A DNA stretch of 64,000 nt from a virus. The DNA is taken from IMG/VR virus record IMGVR_UViG_3300042945_002791, one strand, 5' to 3'. The position numbers were made by a program, and so were the translations under genes. The notes under the pieces are model-generated. The model was not told where the DNA came from and did no database searches. It was given only the letters and a program-made list of their open reading frames with translations. Below, one piece after another: positions 20,672-32,309 of this stretch (its first letter is position 1; each line of letters begins with the position of its first letter).

Positions 20672-20828
20672 ATCAAATATAATATTAAACCAGAAAAAAA
20701 TCCAACAATAAGCGACAATACTATTAAAATATATTTAGTATTTTTATCTGTTTCTTCCCTAATTGAATTATTAAGTGAACAAATCCAATTAATTAACAAA
20801 GCAAATATGAGTAAAGAAATAAACTGCA

Positions 20829-21620
20829 TTACTTAGATCCTATTAGACATGAGAGAGAAACTGGATAAACAGGCTGTACCAACCTATAAACTGCATCAGC
20901 GTAGTGTTGTATTTCTACCTGCGACTCTTCTGCCATTCTTTGCGATAGGAACAACGCTACAGACTGAAGACTGCACGACCATCTATAAATGACATTTAAT
21001 GAGTACGCAGGCAAAAATAATCTAGCTTGTTCAGGAGCTATTCCATTATCCATAGCCATCTTGTAAAGAGCTTCGCCAGACTCAATATATCTTCTTAGTT
21101 CAGTTGTAAAAACAGAACCTGTCCAAGGACCAACTAATCCAGAAGAACCTTGTTTTTTATCTTCTGAAGCCATTCTCCACTCATCTGGTTCAGGAACATA
21201 AAAGTCTGGTTCCATAGTTATATATCTTCTTGAAGATTCGTTCCACGCATCCATTGTGTGATCAGAACCAACAACATACTTCCAATGCTGTCTAGCAACC
21301 ATAAGTGGAGCTTTAAACTCAAAGGTCATAAAAGCGTGTCTAAATGGTGACATATGATTTTCTCTTGCGAGAAAGTTGATCAGTCTTGCGTCTTGTGTCG
21401 TAAGTTCATTTGTTCTATTTTCTTTTGCAAAAGACGCTCTCGCTGCATTTACTACGGAAATATCACTACCCATATAGTCTACAAGTCTTACGTAACCATT
21501 ATTTAGGACTTTGATTGTACCCTCGTTCTCTGTAAGTGTTTCCTTACTAACAACATCTGGTTCTATTACTTTCATTTCTATAAAATCATTCTTCATAATC
21601 GTCACCTGTTTCATAATCAT
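20829..21620 (-). CDS. thyX: flavin-dependent thymidylate synthase ThyX
   Basis: RQHWKYVVGSDHTMDAWNESSRRYI ThyX signature; PEQARLFLP. Confidence 0.9.
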   Translation of the reverse strand: MIMKQVTIMKNDFIEMKVIEPDVVSKETLTENEGTIKVLNNGYVRLVDYMGSDISVVNAARASFAKENRTNELTTQDARLINFLARENHMSPFRHAFMTFEFKAPLMVARQHWKYVVGSDHTMDAWNESSRRYITMEPDFYVPEPDEWRMASEDKKQGSSGLVGPWTGSVFTTELRRYIESGEALYKMAMDNGIAPEQARLFLPAYSLNVIYRWSCSLQSVALFLSQRMAEESQVEIQHYADAVYRLVQPVYPVSLSCLIGSK

Positions 21621-21957
21621 CTGTGTCTATGTCATCATACATCATATCAACATAGGAATCTAGATCTATGTCTTTGTACTTATTTACTATCATATCTTGA
21701 AGGTCTTCTGAAAACGTATAAATATCATCTATAGAATCTGCAATGTCTTTTTCTATTGAAAATTCAGGGTCTAATATAAGATCAATAACTATATCATTAA
21801 TATATATAGATGTATGATTTAAAGATTGTATTATATTTAAATATTTTTTTATATGTTCTATTTTTTCTTCGTTAACTATTTTTTCAACGTTTTCTATTTT
21901 TTCGTTTTTAGCTATTTCAGAAAAGATTTTATCAATATCATCTTCAAAATCGCCCAT
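21586..21957 (-). CDS. acidic hypothetical protein
   Basis: 123-aa Asp/Glu/Ile-rich ORF. Confidence 0.5.
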   Translation of the reverse strand: MGDFEDDIDKIFSEIAKNEKIENVEKIVNEEKIEHIKKYLNIIQSLNHTSIYINDIVIDLILDPEFSIEKDIADSIDDIYTFSEDLQDMIVNKYKDIDLDSYVDMMYDDIDTDDYETGDDYEE

Positions 21958-21958
21958 G

Positions 21959-24049
21959 TTACTTACTGTTTTCTTTTATAAACTTTATTTCGCAAGAGTC
22001 TGTTGTGCAGTATGATTCGCCTATTGCGTCTGCAGCCATACCTGCATACACGCCAGTTAAATCTATGGGGAATAAGTTATTTCCTGCTTCGACATACTCA
22101 GACTCTTCTATCTGAGTATACGGCATCTGAGGGTACGTGTCGTTTCCACTAGCTAAAAATGACACAGTCTTTAACTGACCATCATACATATGCAGGACCG
22201 TCCCAACATGATGTTTTTCTTTATCTTTATCAAATGAAACTGTCACAGAAACAGAATTGTCAGACCAATATCTTTGAGCAGCAGCTGCTAAGGCAATTTT
22301 TTCAAAGATAGTTACATCTTTTTCCGATCTATTGGATCCAGATTTAATTGGAAAATACACAACAGACGTAGTATCTGGAGACTCTGATGCTGGCTCTACC
22401 CTATAGTTGGCCATTCTAAATAATGGAAGCATTGGGTCGTCATTTGAGAATCTAATCGTTCTATTGAAGAACTTGCCACCTGGAGTCCAGTGAACTCCTG
22501 GAGACTCTCCAGCAAGAATGGACACAGTACCGGATGGTTTGATCGTTGTCATTTTGATTGACTCACGAATACCAAGCCACTCTGAGTAGACATTGTCGTA
22601 TCTTTGGATTGTCTTATATCCTTCATCCATCCAATCTCTTAAGACTGGCATACCGTTGTTGTCTGCAAAGTCTGCAACACCAGACATTGATGTTCCAATT
22701 CTTCTATTTCTTTGCATGATCGCGTTTGTTTCTTCCCAGTGTGTTGGTAAAAGCGTAACAGTTTTTGCATATAGGTAGGCAAACTTTAAGGTTCTCTTAT
22801 AGTCCTCTATCGAATCATGTCTACCAAGATATGTTTCAACAAGTGTACAGCACTCGTAAGACTCCAAAGACTGCTCGGCACATGGATTGAATCCAGAAAC
22901 TCTATGGTCTTTATTGTTAGCCGGATCAGCAAGTCTTCCATACTTTCTTGCCATATCCATCCATATTACTCCTGGCTCACCATTTCGTGATATACCATCT
23001 ACTATTGGAGAAAGATCTTGGCCAACAGAAACTTCAACTGAATTATTTGACATCCAACCCCAACCAGGGTTTTCTGAATCATAAGAGTTTCTTTCAGGAA
23101 ATACCTCTGCGTTCTTTAAGTTAAGAAAGTTCTGATCATCTATTCTACCTATTAGTAGTTCAGCAGAACGACGAACATTTCCAGAAACAACACAAACACC
23201 AATAAGGTTTCCTATATCTGCAATATCTTTTCTTGTAAGTCTTTCCCCATTACGATTTTTAAAAATCTTTCTAATGGCTGTGTGAAGTTTAACAAGTGGT
23301 GCTGGCCCAGAAGCTGTACCTCCAAAAGTTTTAATGGGAGTACCGAGTGGTCTTATCTCATCATAATTAAATGACATTGGATTTTGATCAGGCTTTAAGT
23401 AAGAATTAATAAGAGTGACAGTTGAATCTCTCCAGCCTTCTCTGCTATCTTCTATGGTCTCTACGATTTCTGGTTTATTTGGTTCATATATAACGAAGTC
23501 TTTATCTGCACCCTTATCATCAAAGCCAACACCAACACCCAGCATTGATGCTTCCATTAGGAATCCAAACGGCTTTGCTGGATTATGCTTTGTCATCTCA
23601 ACCGTGCTAACAAATGCACAGTTCTGCAGTGCTGCTGAGTTCTTTTGCACATTAACTATATTTGTGCCCATCATCCATAAGCCACGTCCTGGTGGTGTCC
23701 ATTTCAAATTAAACAAACGATCAAAGGCTTCTTTTGCAGAAGCTTGTGCTTTTGCGTCATTCCACGGAAGTCTGCTTTTTTTGCAGTGATCTTTCTGCAA
23801 TGAGTACATGCCATTAATTACTCGTTCGCAAACATCTGTCCAAGTTTCTTTTGTGCCATCTTCTTTAATTCTTGAATATGTGCGAAGAAAGGTGATCTCC
23901 CCAACAGAGTTGCCTCCAGCATCTACGTACCCAAAAGGTGCTCTTTTTTGGCGATACTGCTCAACAAAATCGTCAGAAACCTTAAAAGAATACATTGAAA
24001 TTGATTTTGTATTTGGTACCTGTTGCTCTTCTTGTGTAGCGATTGTCAT
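21959..24049 (-). CDS. adenosylcobalamin-dependent (class II) ribonucleotide reductase
   Basis: LKWTPPGRGLWMMGT, NPCAEQSLESYECC, TIKPSGTVSILAGESPGVHW, C-terminal YCTTDSCEIK. Confidence 0.88.
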   Translation of the reverse strand: MTIATQEEQQVPNTKSISMYSFKVSDDFVEQYRQKRAPFGYVDAGGNSVGEITFLRTYSRIKEDGTKETWTDVCERVINGMYSLQKDHCKKSRLPWNDAKAQASAKEAFDRLFNLKWTPPGRGLWMMGTNIVNVQKNSAALQNCAFVSTVEMTKHNPAKPFGFLMEASMLGVGVGFDDKGADKDFVIYEPNKPEIVETIEDSREGWRDSTVTLINSYLKPDQNPMSFNYDEIRPLGTPIKTFGGTASGPAPLVKLHTAIRKIFKNRNGERLTRKDIADIGNLIGVCVVSGNVRRSAELLIGRIDDQNFLNLKNAEVFPERNSYDSENPGWGWMSNNSVEVSVGQDLSPIVDGISRNGEPGVIWMDMARKYGRLADPANNKDHRVSGFNPCAEQSLESYECCTLVETYLGRHDSIEDYKRTLKFAYLYAKTVTLLPTHWEETNAIMQRNRRIGTSMSGVADFADNNGMPVLRDWMDEGYKTIQRYDNVYSEWLGIRESIKMTTIKPSGTVSILAGESPGVHWTPGGKFFNRTIRFSNDDPMLPLFRMANYRVEPASESPDTTSVVYFPIKSGSNRSEKDVTIFEKIALAAAAQRYWSDNSVSVTVSFDKDKEKHHVGTVLHMYDGQLKTVSFLASGNDTYPQMPYTQIEESEYVEAGNNLFPIDLTGVYAGMAADAIGESYCTTDSCEIKFIKENSK

Positions 24050-24753
24050 TTTATCTCCTTGTTTGGTTTCTTTATATAATCAGAATTAGTTTTTCTAAAT
24101 TCCATGTTTTTGATTTTGTTAATTTTTTCTACTGTATAAGCTCTATGTATTTGTTTTTCAAAGAAGTACCCACTTCTCCAATTAATAACTTTTTCTAAAA
24201 AGTTTTCATGATTTATAAAGATACTGCATACGACTGCACCACCATATATTCTTACAATATTCTTTAACTTTTCTGTGACTACTGTTTTATTTTCTTCTGT
24301 AATTTCACCAGAGTTATATGCTCTTTCGTAAAGCCAGTTAAAAGCTTGTCTACTCATTGGGGAGTAATCTATCGGATCTATAATACCAGATTTAATAACT
24401 TCTTTTCTATAATTTTTAACTTCAAGATCTTTTTCGATTGTCTCTTTGAATAAAGAAAACCAATCTCTTTCATTAAATTGAACCCATCCTGTACACCAAA
24501 ATAAAAGCCTATGTGGAGGATTCGGAATCGTTGTATTATCAATTACTGGCAAAAGGATTGCACATGATATAGCTTTTTTAACCATCTCATTTGCTTGCTC
24601 TTTATCTTTGGATTTATTATAAAAATTGTTCCACAACTTTATGATATGTGGAACCCAATCTATGTCGGCAATATATATTTTTAAATATTCGTCTGCTAAT
24701 TCTTGTGATAAAGAATTTTCTTCTATTGTTTTTTCTAATAAACCTTTTGACAC
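24046..24753 (-). CDS. hypothetical protein
   Basis: 235-aa ORF. Confidence 0.55.
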   Translation of the reverse strand: MSKGLLEKTIEENSLSQELADEYLKIYIADIDWVPHIIKLWNNFYNKSKDKEQANEMVKKAISCAILLPVIDNTTIPNPPHRLLFWCTGWVQFNERDWFSLFKETIEKDLEVKNYRKEVIKSGIIDPIDYSPMSRQAFNWLYERAYNSGEITEENKTVVTEKLKNIVRIYGGAVVCSIFINHENFLEKVINWRSGYFFEKQIHRAYTVEKINKIKNMEFRKTNSDYIKKPNKEIK

Positions 24754-24808
24754 CTATTACTACCTATCTAAAACCAGAAAAACCTATCAACTTGCCCATT
24801 AAATGAAC

Positions 24809-24836
24809 AATCCCGTCATAAAATTGACGGGATTGA
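24809..24836. other. perfect hairpin (possible terminator without an evident U-tract)
   Basis: caatcccgtca-taaaat-tgacgggattg. Confidence 0.5.
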
Positions 24837-24914
24837 TTACTGGTCTCGCCTTGCTGACTATTATATCAACAAAACATGCGACCCATATGTTGTATTTGCT
24901 ATTGTAACGATCTA

Positions 24915-25256
24915 TTATCCAAACAATCTTTTTCTTATTTTCTTTTCAGCTAAAAGATGAGCTGTTAAAACGCCCCATGCCATGATTGGCAAAGCTGCTT
25001 TAAGAGGAGATTCTGTAGCTCTCCAAAAAGCCCTTGTCATTGTTTCGGCATTTTGTGTTTTTATTGCGTATGTATCATAGCAGATTACTAATCCAGCAAT
25101 TGCTAACCAGGCATAGGCTCCTGAAACTCTGTCATCTTTTTTAAGATCTAAAGGAGTTTTATAATAATTAAAGAGCTTTTGCTGAGGGAACTCCGTACCA
25201 CTCTTGAACTTTTTCTCTTCCATATTCACCAGTCTCATTTGCCTGTCCATATCCAT
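24915..25256 (-). CDS. small protein with hydrophobic segments
   Basis: 113-aa ORF. Confidence 0.45.
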   Translation of the reverse strand: MDMDRQMRLVNMEEKKFKSGTEFPQQKLFNYYKTPLDLKKDDRVSGAYAWLAIAGLVICYDTYAIKTQNAETMTRAFWRATESPLKAALPIMAWGVLTAHLLAEKKIRKRLFG

Positions 25257-25779
25257 CTGTAAAGATTTTAGAACTTGTTACGCCCTGAGCCTCTGTTGGT
25301 CTAAATACACCAAACGAAGCTGGAGCACCTTGTGCCTCTGTTCTGGCTGCGTGACCAAAGCCGGCAGCAAAAATTTCTGCTGAAGTTACTCCATCAAAGA
25401 AGTAATTGCTATAAAGGCTGTAATCAGTTACACGATCTGCATGGCCATAACCAGATGGAAACGCAACTGCACCATCTAACCCCTTGTACTCTTTTGGTTT
25501 AAATCTTGCACCGTCGTATGTGGCTGTTCCATCAGGGAATGTGCCAGATAATGGATGAATGTAAAGAGTGGTCCCATTAAATATTTGCGAAAGGAATCTA
25601 TTACCAGGACGCTCTCCAGTACCAGGTACGTAATGGTTGTCTGGGGCTCCATCAAGGAGGCCCTTAGCAAATAAGGGGTAGAAAGAATATGTTCCAGCCG
25701 TACCCTTATATGGGTTTACCATATCGGCTGTGCTACGACCCTTGAGAACTGGTCTAGGCCCAACGTAAAAAGTTGCCAT
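25168..25779 (-). CDS. putative virion protein with internal imperfect repeats
   Basis: GVTSAEIFAAGFGHAARTEAQG / GVTSSKIFTDGYGQANETGEYG. Confidence 0.5.
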   Translation of the reverse strand: MATFYVGPRPVLKGRSTADMVNPYKGTAGTYSFYPLFAKGLLDGAPDNHYVPGTGERPGNRFLSQIFNGTTLYIHPLSGTFPDGTATYDGARFKPKEYKGLDGAVAFPSGYGHADRVTDYSLYSNYFFDGVTSAEIFAAGFGHAARTEAQGAPASFGVFRPTEAQGVTSSKIFTDGYGQANETGEYGREKVQEWYGVPSAKAL

Positions 25780-25835
25780 TTTAACTCCTTGTGGTTAAGT
25801 TATTTGTATTTATATAGTAATCAATTTTCCTAGAA

Positions 25836-27107
25836 TTAAGTGTATTTGATTATCAAATCAGACAATACGGGGACTGTTCCATCATCTAGCTGAGCCAGGC
25901 TTACCTCAACCCATATGCTAGATGATCCACCCTGCGGTGACTCACTATATCCTCCTCCAGAAGTCGGATACAATACCCTATAGTCGAAGCATAGGTCTAT
26001 TAAACTTAGTGGAACGTTGTAAAGCTTAGGGGTTACACTTGAGACAGTATTAATTAAAGTATTTTCTGGAGCAGTAAATTTAATAAAAGCCTTGCCTTGT
26101 GGCAAATACTTATCGACTCTGATGTCAAGATCTGAAAGACCATATGTATATATGAACTTGTTGTTTTCTTGAAAGTAATTTCTCTGTCTCATTAATATTC
26201 TAACTGCTGTGACTGGTCTGTTGTCTGTCTGTTGAATGTTAACATTAAAGTATAATGGTCCAGCACCCAGCACGGCGTCTGAATTGACAGCCCTATTCCA
26301 ACCACCTGGAGCCACGTACCCAACAGCATTGGTATCGTCGTTATATAAAGAAAGTTCGTTGAGTGGTCTCCAACCATCTGATTGAGATAACGTTGCTGTA
26401 GGGTTCTTTGTATACTCTACAGAAAGGATGTCTACTGAGTTTATTGGATAGGGTGTAAATCTTATATTATTAATCTTTTGATTAGGAATATTTTGTGGAA
26501 CTCTTACATAAAAATACATTCCTGCACCTTGTGGGTCAGCAGTTTCTGATATAACCGACCTTGACCAAACCTTGTCGTATGTGTCATATAGGCTAAAGTA
26601 AGGTGGGGTTGTATCCAAGACGGCTCCTGGAGCATCTATGTTTGAATTGCTGACTATATTAAAGTTAATATAATCAGGAACCACTTGCTTTCCATCCGAT
26701 GCGTACGATTTAAGGGTTGATATAGAGGAGGCAGAAACATATGGGAGTGTTATAAAGTTATATATTGAGTTAAAGCTTAACTGCTCAGCATTTGGTATCG
26801 CATAATTGGTAAGTCCAGCAAACCTTGAGTTTTCAATCTGAGACATAGAATGTATAGACAGCATCTTTTCTGAGGCTTCTAAAGCCTTCAGTCTGTCTTC
26901 TGCATCTCTGACTGCTTGCGTTAAAAATATATGGTCTTTAACTAATCTTCCAAAATAATCATTTATTTTTTTATCTATTAAATTATATTTATTGTATAAA
27001 TAAACAAGATCTTGATAATTCTCTTCCACTCTTGCGTTATATTCGTCGCTAGAATAGTTTCCACCGTACTGGTTGGTTCTTTTCTGTGTAGTTATTTTAT
27101 CAACCAT
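25836..27107 (-). CDS. putative tail/structural protein
   Basis: 423-aa ORF within the structural module. Confidence 0.5.
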   Translation of the reverse strand: MVDKITTQKRTNQYGGNYSSDEYNARVEENYQDLVYLYNKYNLIDKKINDYFGRLVKDHIFLTQAVRDAEDRLKALEASEKMLSIHSMSQIENSRFAGLTNYAIPNAEQLSFNSIYNFITLPYVSASSISTLKSYASDGKQVVPDYINFNIVSNSNIDAPGAVLDTTPPYFSLYDTYDKVWSRSVISETADPQGAGMYFYVRVPQNIPNQKINNIRFTPYPINSVDILSVEYTKNPTATLSQSDGWRPLNELSLYNDDTNAVGYVAPGGWNRAVNSDAVLGAGPLYFNVNIQQTDNRPVTAVRILMRQRNYFQENNKFIYTYGLSDLDIRVDKYLPQGKAFIKFTAPENTLINTVSSVTPKLYNVPLSLIDLCFDYRVLYPTSGGGYSESPQGGSSSIWVEVSLAQLDDGTVPVLSDLIIKYT

Positions 27108-27116
27108 TTTGGTCTC

Positions 27117-27509
27117 CTAATTTTCCATTCTATTTATTTTCTTCATAATTCTAAAAAGTCTGCTAGATATCTCCACTGTGTCACTTAAAGTTAAAGTAGA
27201 TCCATTAATTTCTGGAGTTTGAGATTCGTCATTATAGTACCAAAAACTAGCCGAAAAAAATGGAGTTGAGTCTAAAGTATTAGGCGTAGCTGCTTTATGG
27301 AAGTAGAAGGCAGCTGTCATTGTTTTTATGATTCCTTCGGCATTTACTATTCTTTTTTTTAACTTTTCAACATCTTGGATAAAAGAATCTTGTTCTAAAT
27401 TTTCTTTTTGACTATTTCTTGGGCCCCTATAAATATTTCTATATCTAATAAATTGAGGCTGTACAATGTTTTTTGTGTTATCGAATTCGTTATACATATA
27501 TGGTGACAT
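27117..27509 (-). CDS. putative structural protein
   Basis: 130-aa ORF with AATP and STP motifs. Confidence 0.45.
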   Translation of the reverse strand: MSPYMYNEFDNTKNIVQPQFIRYRNIYRGPRNSQKENLEQDSFIQDVEKLKKRIVNAEGIIKTMTAAFYFHKAATPNTLDSTPFFSASFWYYNDESQTPEINGSTLTLSDTVEISSRLFRIMKKINRMEN

Positions 27510-27511
27510 GA

Positions 27512-29732
27512 TTATCCTCCGAATGCATCAGATGCAGATATAGATATTGAATCTGCTATAGTTTCTGATCTCTTAAATTTTAGTCTATAAGAAGTTAGCA
27601 TTGGGGTTGATTTAGAATCCCTTAATGGCCTTCTCATTTCTGCTTTAACTCTAATTGAATTTACTGTATTAAAAGTAGAATTATTATTATAAAAATATAT
27701 TCTTGAATCTGGAAGAATCTTTTTATTAGAAACTATATATTTTTCTGTATCTATTTCTATAATAGAAAAAACATTATTTAGAACTGAATTACTATCTCTT
27801 AACATATACTTATTTATACTAGACAGATAATTTTGATATATGTAACCATACTGATTTATTCTGGCTTGCTGTAACAAGGTAATAGATCCACTTAGTCCAC
27901 CGTATGTTTCGCCAGCATTTTTTGGTGCTGCATCAATTAATATTGCTATATTATTTTTTCCTTTTTTAAGATTCCACAATATATTTGCAGTGTTTATCTG
28001 GTTTGATATGGTAGAAATAAGGCTTCCATTTAGGTATATTGAAACATCCCACAAAGATGAATTTTGATCATCTTTTGAAAATGTTTTTTCAAAAGTAATG
28101 TCCTGTGGACATAAAATATCTAATGATATATATACGCTTCCCCCAGAATCCAGGTTGGGAGCTGTCCAGAAAGAGCTTGAACTTGAAATTGTATTATTGG
28201 ATTCTATTACCTGCACTGTAGTATCTGCTCCACTTAGAATCTGATTCTTCCATCTTTGATTATCTCTAGATAATCCCTGGATATAAGGAACCCTATACCA
28301 TGAGTATCTGTTAGTTCCTTCTAGTATGATTGGTTCTATGTAATCTTTTTCTGAATTAAGTTTTGCTATTCTATATAAAGATATATTCTCAAAGCCAGGA
28401 ATATTTCTTGTTGGACTTTCGTCAAAATATTGGATGTTTCTAGCTGAAGATCCAACACTGCTTGAGTTCACTATATTTAAATATTCTAAATTAGATCCAT
28501 TAAAATCAATAAAGTTTGGATTAATTTTGTTAGCAAAGTTTTCTGGAGAAATTGGTCTCCAATCAAAATCATCTACAGTTAAAGCGTCTGGATTATCTTG
28601 GGCGATAAAGAAATCTATAGAACTCTGTAAACCGGACTGAACTTGTGCGTCAAGAGAGACCCTATCAATTGTATATTTAGTGTTATCAGTAGAGTTAATT
28701 GTAATTGGGTATGACACATATGTTGCCGAAGTATCATAATATGGTCCTGATATTGCGAGTTCCCTGATTGAAAAATCATACTCATAGACGGTTGAGCCAG
28801 AAGATGTGACCATTCTATCTGGTTCGTTTTTTATAATAAAAATTGATATTGAACTTAACGTTGTGCTTTGAAAATTAAAGACAAAATTATCATGATCTTC
28901 TTCTGATTGTGCTGTGAAAACTTTTGGTTCTCCAGTATTTGTTGTGGAGTCTGCTATTTGTAAAATTATTTTTGAAGGCTTTTCTGAAACAAGTCTTCCA
29001 TATATCTTTGATATTGCTGACGCAGAAAGTGATCTAACGTCTAGCTTAAGAGTGACTACTCCTGGGCTTGTTGCTGCATATGTACTTGTCCAGTATGTGT
29101 CTGATAGTCCATCAAACATTAATGATGATGTTTGCCCAGCTGGGGCAGACTGTTGTACAACGGTTCCATTTAAATAGATTGAATAAGAAACATCGTTAGA
29201 TCTAGATGTATTGTTTCCAAAATTGTTAAATCCGGCTTGATGCAATAACGGGGAGTGTTACGCATCTAGCATCCTGATCAAAGAACGCATTTGAAAATTT
29301 TGTATCAATTCCACTTAAATCTGTGAACTGCTCAGATATAGAAGCAAAGTATCCATCACTATTGGTAATAGAAAATATATGATCATCTATTTTATTCTCT
29401 AAAGAAGCTCTTCTAGACCTAAGGGAGTCTATCCTTGCGTTTAAAGAAGTAACTATTGAAAATAGATCTTCAACTGATTCAAACACTGCATCATAAAGTA
29501 CGTCCATATTAAATATAGACATAGCCATCATATGGTTAATGAAGTCTATGTTTATTATATTTTGTGATCTTAAATTTTCTGGCTCCAATGACATGGGCGC
29601 ACCAGGTGGATTTTGTCTAAAATAAGCCGCATACTCATCCTTTACGGTTTCTTCATCTATTCTATTTCCGTAGGCATACGCGAGTTTATAGAGATTATTA
29701 AGGAATCTTCTTTTTTGAATATCTTCTATCAT
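27512..29732 (-). CDS. putative tail protein with +1 shift at CGGA (29231-29234)
   Basis: ...DARCVTLPVIASS-[CGGA]-FNNFGNNTSRSNDVSYSIYLNGTVVQQ... joins two ORFs; span 2221 mod 3 = 1. Confidence 0.8.
29231..29234 (-). other. +1 shift site AGC-CGG-A
   Basis: tail protein join. Confidence 0.8.
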
Positions 29733-32306
29733 GATCTTTTAACCTTTGCTGCCAACTGGTATGATTTTACAATTGGAGTTCCACTTACAAAAGATGGTCT
29801 TTCTATCTGGATTTTTACTCTAACAGATGTTATGTTAGGAGTATTTAAAACATACGCAACTCCTGGTATTCTTGTTTCTGCGGAAGCATTTTGACCAAAC
29901 GCGTATATTTCTGGTATAGATTGATTAAAAGGATCTTCAACAGGAGATATTGGCAGCCATTCGCCACCATCATCTATTGATATATAGTAAGACAAGTACC
30001 TATTGTTTTGATTTATTTGCTGCGAAGCGTACTCAGCTGGTATAAAGTATTCTGAGTTAAGCATTAAAAACTCTATTGGATATGGAAAGTTAAATGGTTT
30101 AGATATAACTTCTGCCATTGTTTGATAAGAATTGCTTTGTATTTTAAGATCCCTTAATCCAATTGACCATCTTCTTACATTCAATCTTTGGCCATTGTAT
30201 ATATCTCCATCTTTTAATATCTCGTACTTTTTATTTAAATTTATATTATAAATAAAATTCGGATTAGCTACTACCTGTTGTTTTTCTGACAATATTTCGC
30301 TGTCTGTAACTTTGTAATTTCCCAAGTAGTATGCTGGGGTTGCGGTACCTTTATAGAAGTCTTGTTTATGCACTCCTGTAAGTTTATACTTTGTCATCCA
30401 CCAGTCAAAAGCTTCTTCGGTAATTCCAAAATTTTGATATGGGGTAGCTGCAATTGATGCGTAGTTTGGAGTTGCGGCGTATGGTAAAAGTCTTGAACCA
30501 ATTACTGGATCGTTTATGTCAGTAGATGACAGAAACTTCTTTGTTTCTTCTCTAATTGCAGTATTGCCGTATAACTTATGCGTTGCTGGCCACCAAGTAA
30601 CAAAAGGAGTTGCACCGCTGGGAGCTAAAGATAATTCGTATTGCCATTCCGTTACTGGTGTTGCTCCCGGAAAAGGAATAACCGTTCCTGTTGTAATCGG
30701 CTTGAAGCCTATTCCACTTGAGTCTGGAATTTCTAGATATTTGTAAACAGGGTTTGCGGTTGTTCCAGTTCTTTTGTCTAAAACTTTCATAACATAATAA
30801 TCATAAACAACTTCTTTTTTAGCGATGATAGAAACTGCTTGAGTTAAATTTGTTGATATTTGATTAAATATGGTATTGGCGATTGGGTTCATTAATCTTG
30901 AAACAGAGTTTTCTATACCAGATACTTCTGAAACTTTTGGATCTGCATACACTAAGTTTGGATTAAATCTTGCATTTGCCGACCAGGATGATCTTGTATT
31001 TGGTATTAAACTTACTGCCGATGTCAGGTTTATGTTTTGCCTGTTTAATCTAATTGTTTCATCTAATTGAAATTGGTAACTTGTTCTAACAGAAGAAACA
31101 TCCCAGTAAACATGTTTGATTGTTACGCCTACGGATTGGCTTTGTTCAAACTTTAATGATATTTTTGATACTCTTCTTTCTGAAAAATCTATATTAGCTT
31201 CTTTAAAAAAATAATAGTTAATATCAACATCTGCGGCAGGGACTACAGATGAACCTATGTTTATTGGTTTTTGTAAAACATTTTCTACTTGAGGAAAACT
31301 TGAGTCAGAAGTATATACATTGACTTCTTTTAGTAAGATTGACTGAACCGCAGATTCTTCATGGCCAAAAAATGGCGTCACCTTTATAGAGTTAGCTATA
31401 TATGGACTTCTTTTTTCTAAGACAAGTTCCATAACAAGTGGGCTGTTATCATTAGTAGACCATGGAATAAATGTATTTTGATTATTAATAATGTTTCTGT
31501 GTTTAAACTCATAATCAAAATCAGATCCATTTAAATTTGATATATTAAATTTTTCGTATTCAAAATATGTATTTGGTGAATCATCTCTGATTGCGTCTGT
31601 AACAGATGAAGATAGTGTTCTTTCAAAGAAGTACTTATATTCAGAAGCCGTTTGAGGTAGCGTAGTTGAACTTTGTTGGCCATTAAAATAAGCCATATGG
31701 CTATTCCCTAAAATGCCATTTGATACTATATTATTATTTTGGTCTTTTTCTTTAATATAAACATTGTCTGCAGCCCATTTTGATCCTGCTACGACAGGAA
31801 GGGAAAGTGATCCGTTTACCACATCAGCTATCGGCATACTGTAATTAGTGGTAGTATCAACTTTTTCTAAGTTATCAAATGAGTCCCCATAGTAATACAC
31901 GTCGTCACTAAAACTCTTTGAGTATAATTGTAATACTTTTACTTTTGAATTTATTTTTTCAAGAAAATTAGATTCTTTAGCTATCTCAGAACTAAAAAGA
32001 TTGTATGCAGAAATTGTTTTAGCAGCTAGGTAATCTATCTGCCTGGAAACTATGGCGGAATCCGCTGTAATATCTGCTGAGTATTTTAATATTTGATTTG
32101 AGGTCGGAACCTGTCCGCCTAACCAGCGGATTGTACTGAGTTATAACCCCCGAAGCTGCACCTTCGACTTCACTTAGTAGTTTTTGATATTCGTTAATAA
32201 AATCTTCATGAGTTTTAAATTCATTATTATAATATCTATCAAAAAAATTTGAAATCTTATATACGGCTGAATCATATGTTGACGTATTTGGTGATACTTG
32301 TGCCAT
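29729..32306 (-). CDS. putative tail protein with +1 shift at CGGA (32114-32117)
   Basis: ...GVITQYNPLVR-[CGGA]-QVPTSNQILKYSADITADSAIVSRQIDYLAAKTISAYNLFSSEIAKES...DDVYYYGDSFDNLEKVD...; span 2578 mod 3 = 1. Confidence 0.8.
32114..32117 (-). other. +1 shift site AGG-CGG-A
   Basis: tail protein join. Confidence 0.8.
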
Positions 32307-32309
32307 AAT

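Noticed and set aside
24753-24915. Possible tRNA or ncRNA gene in an intergenic gap
   Set aside because: Only a simple hairpin is visible; no acceptor stem or T-loop consensus. No tRNA recognised anywhere in the window, but a scan with a tRNA finder (allowing 8-nt anticodon loops) is needed.
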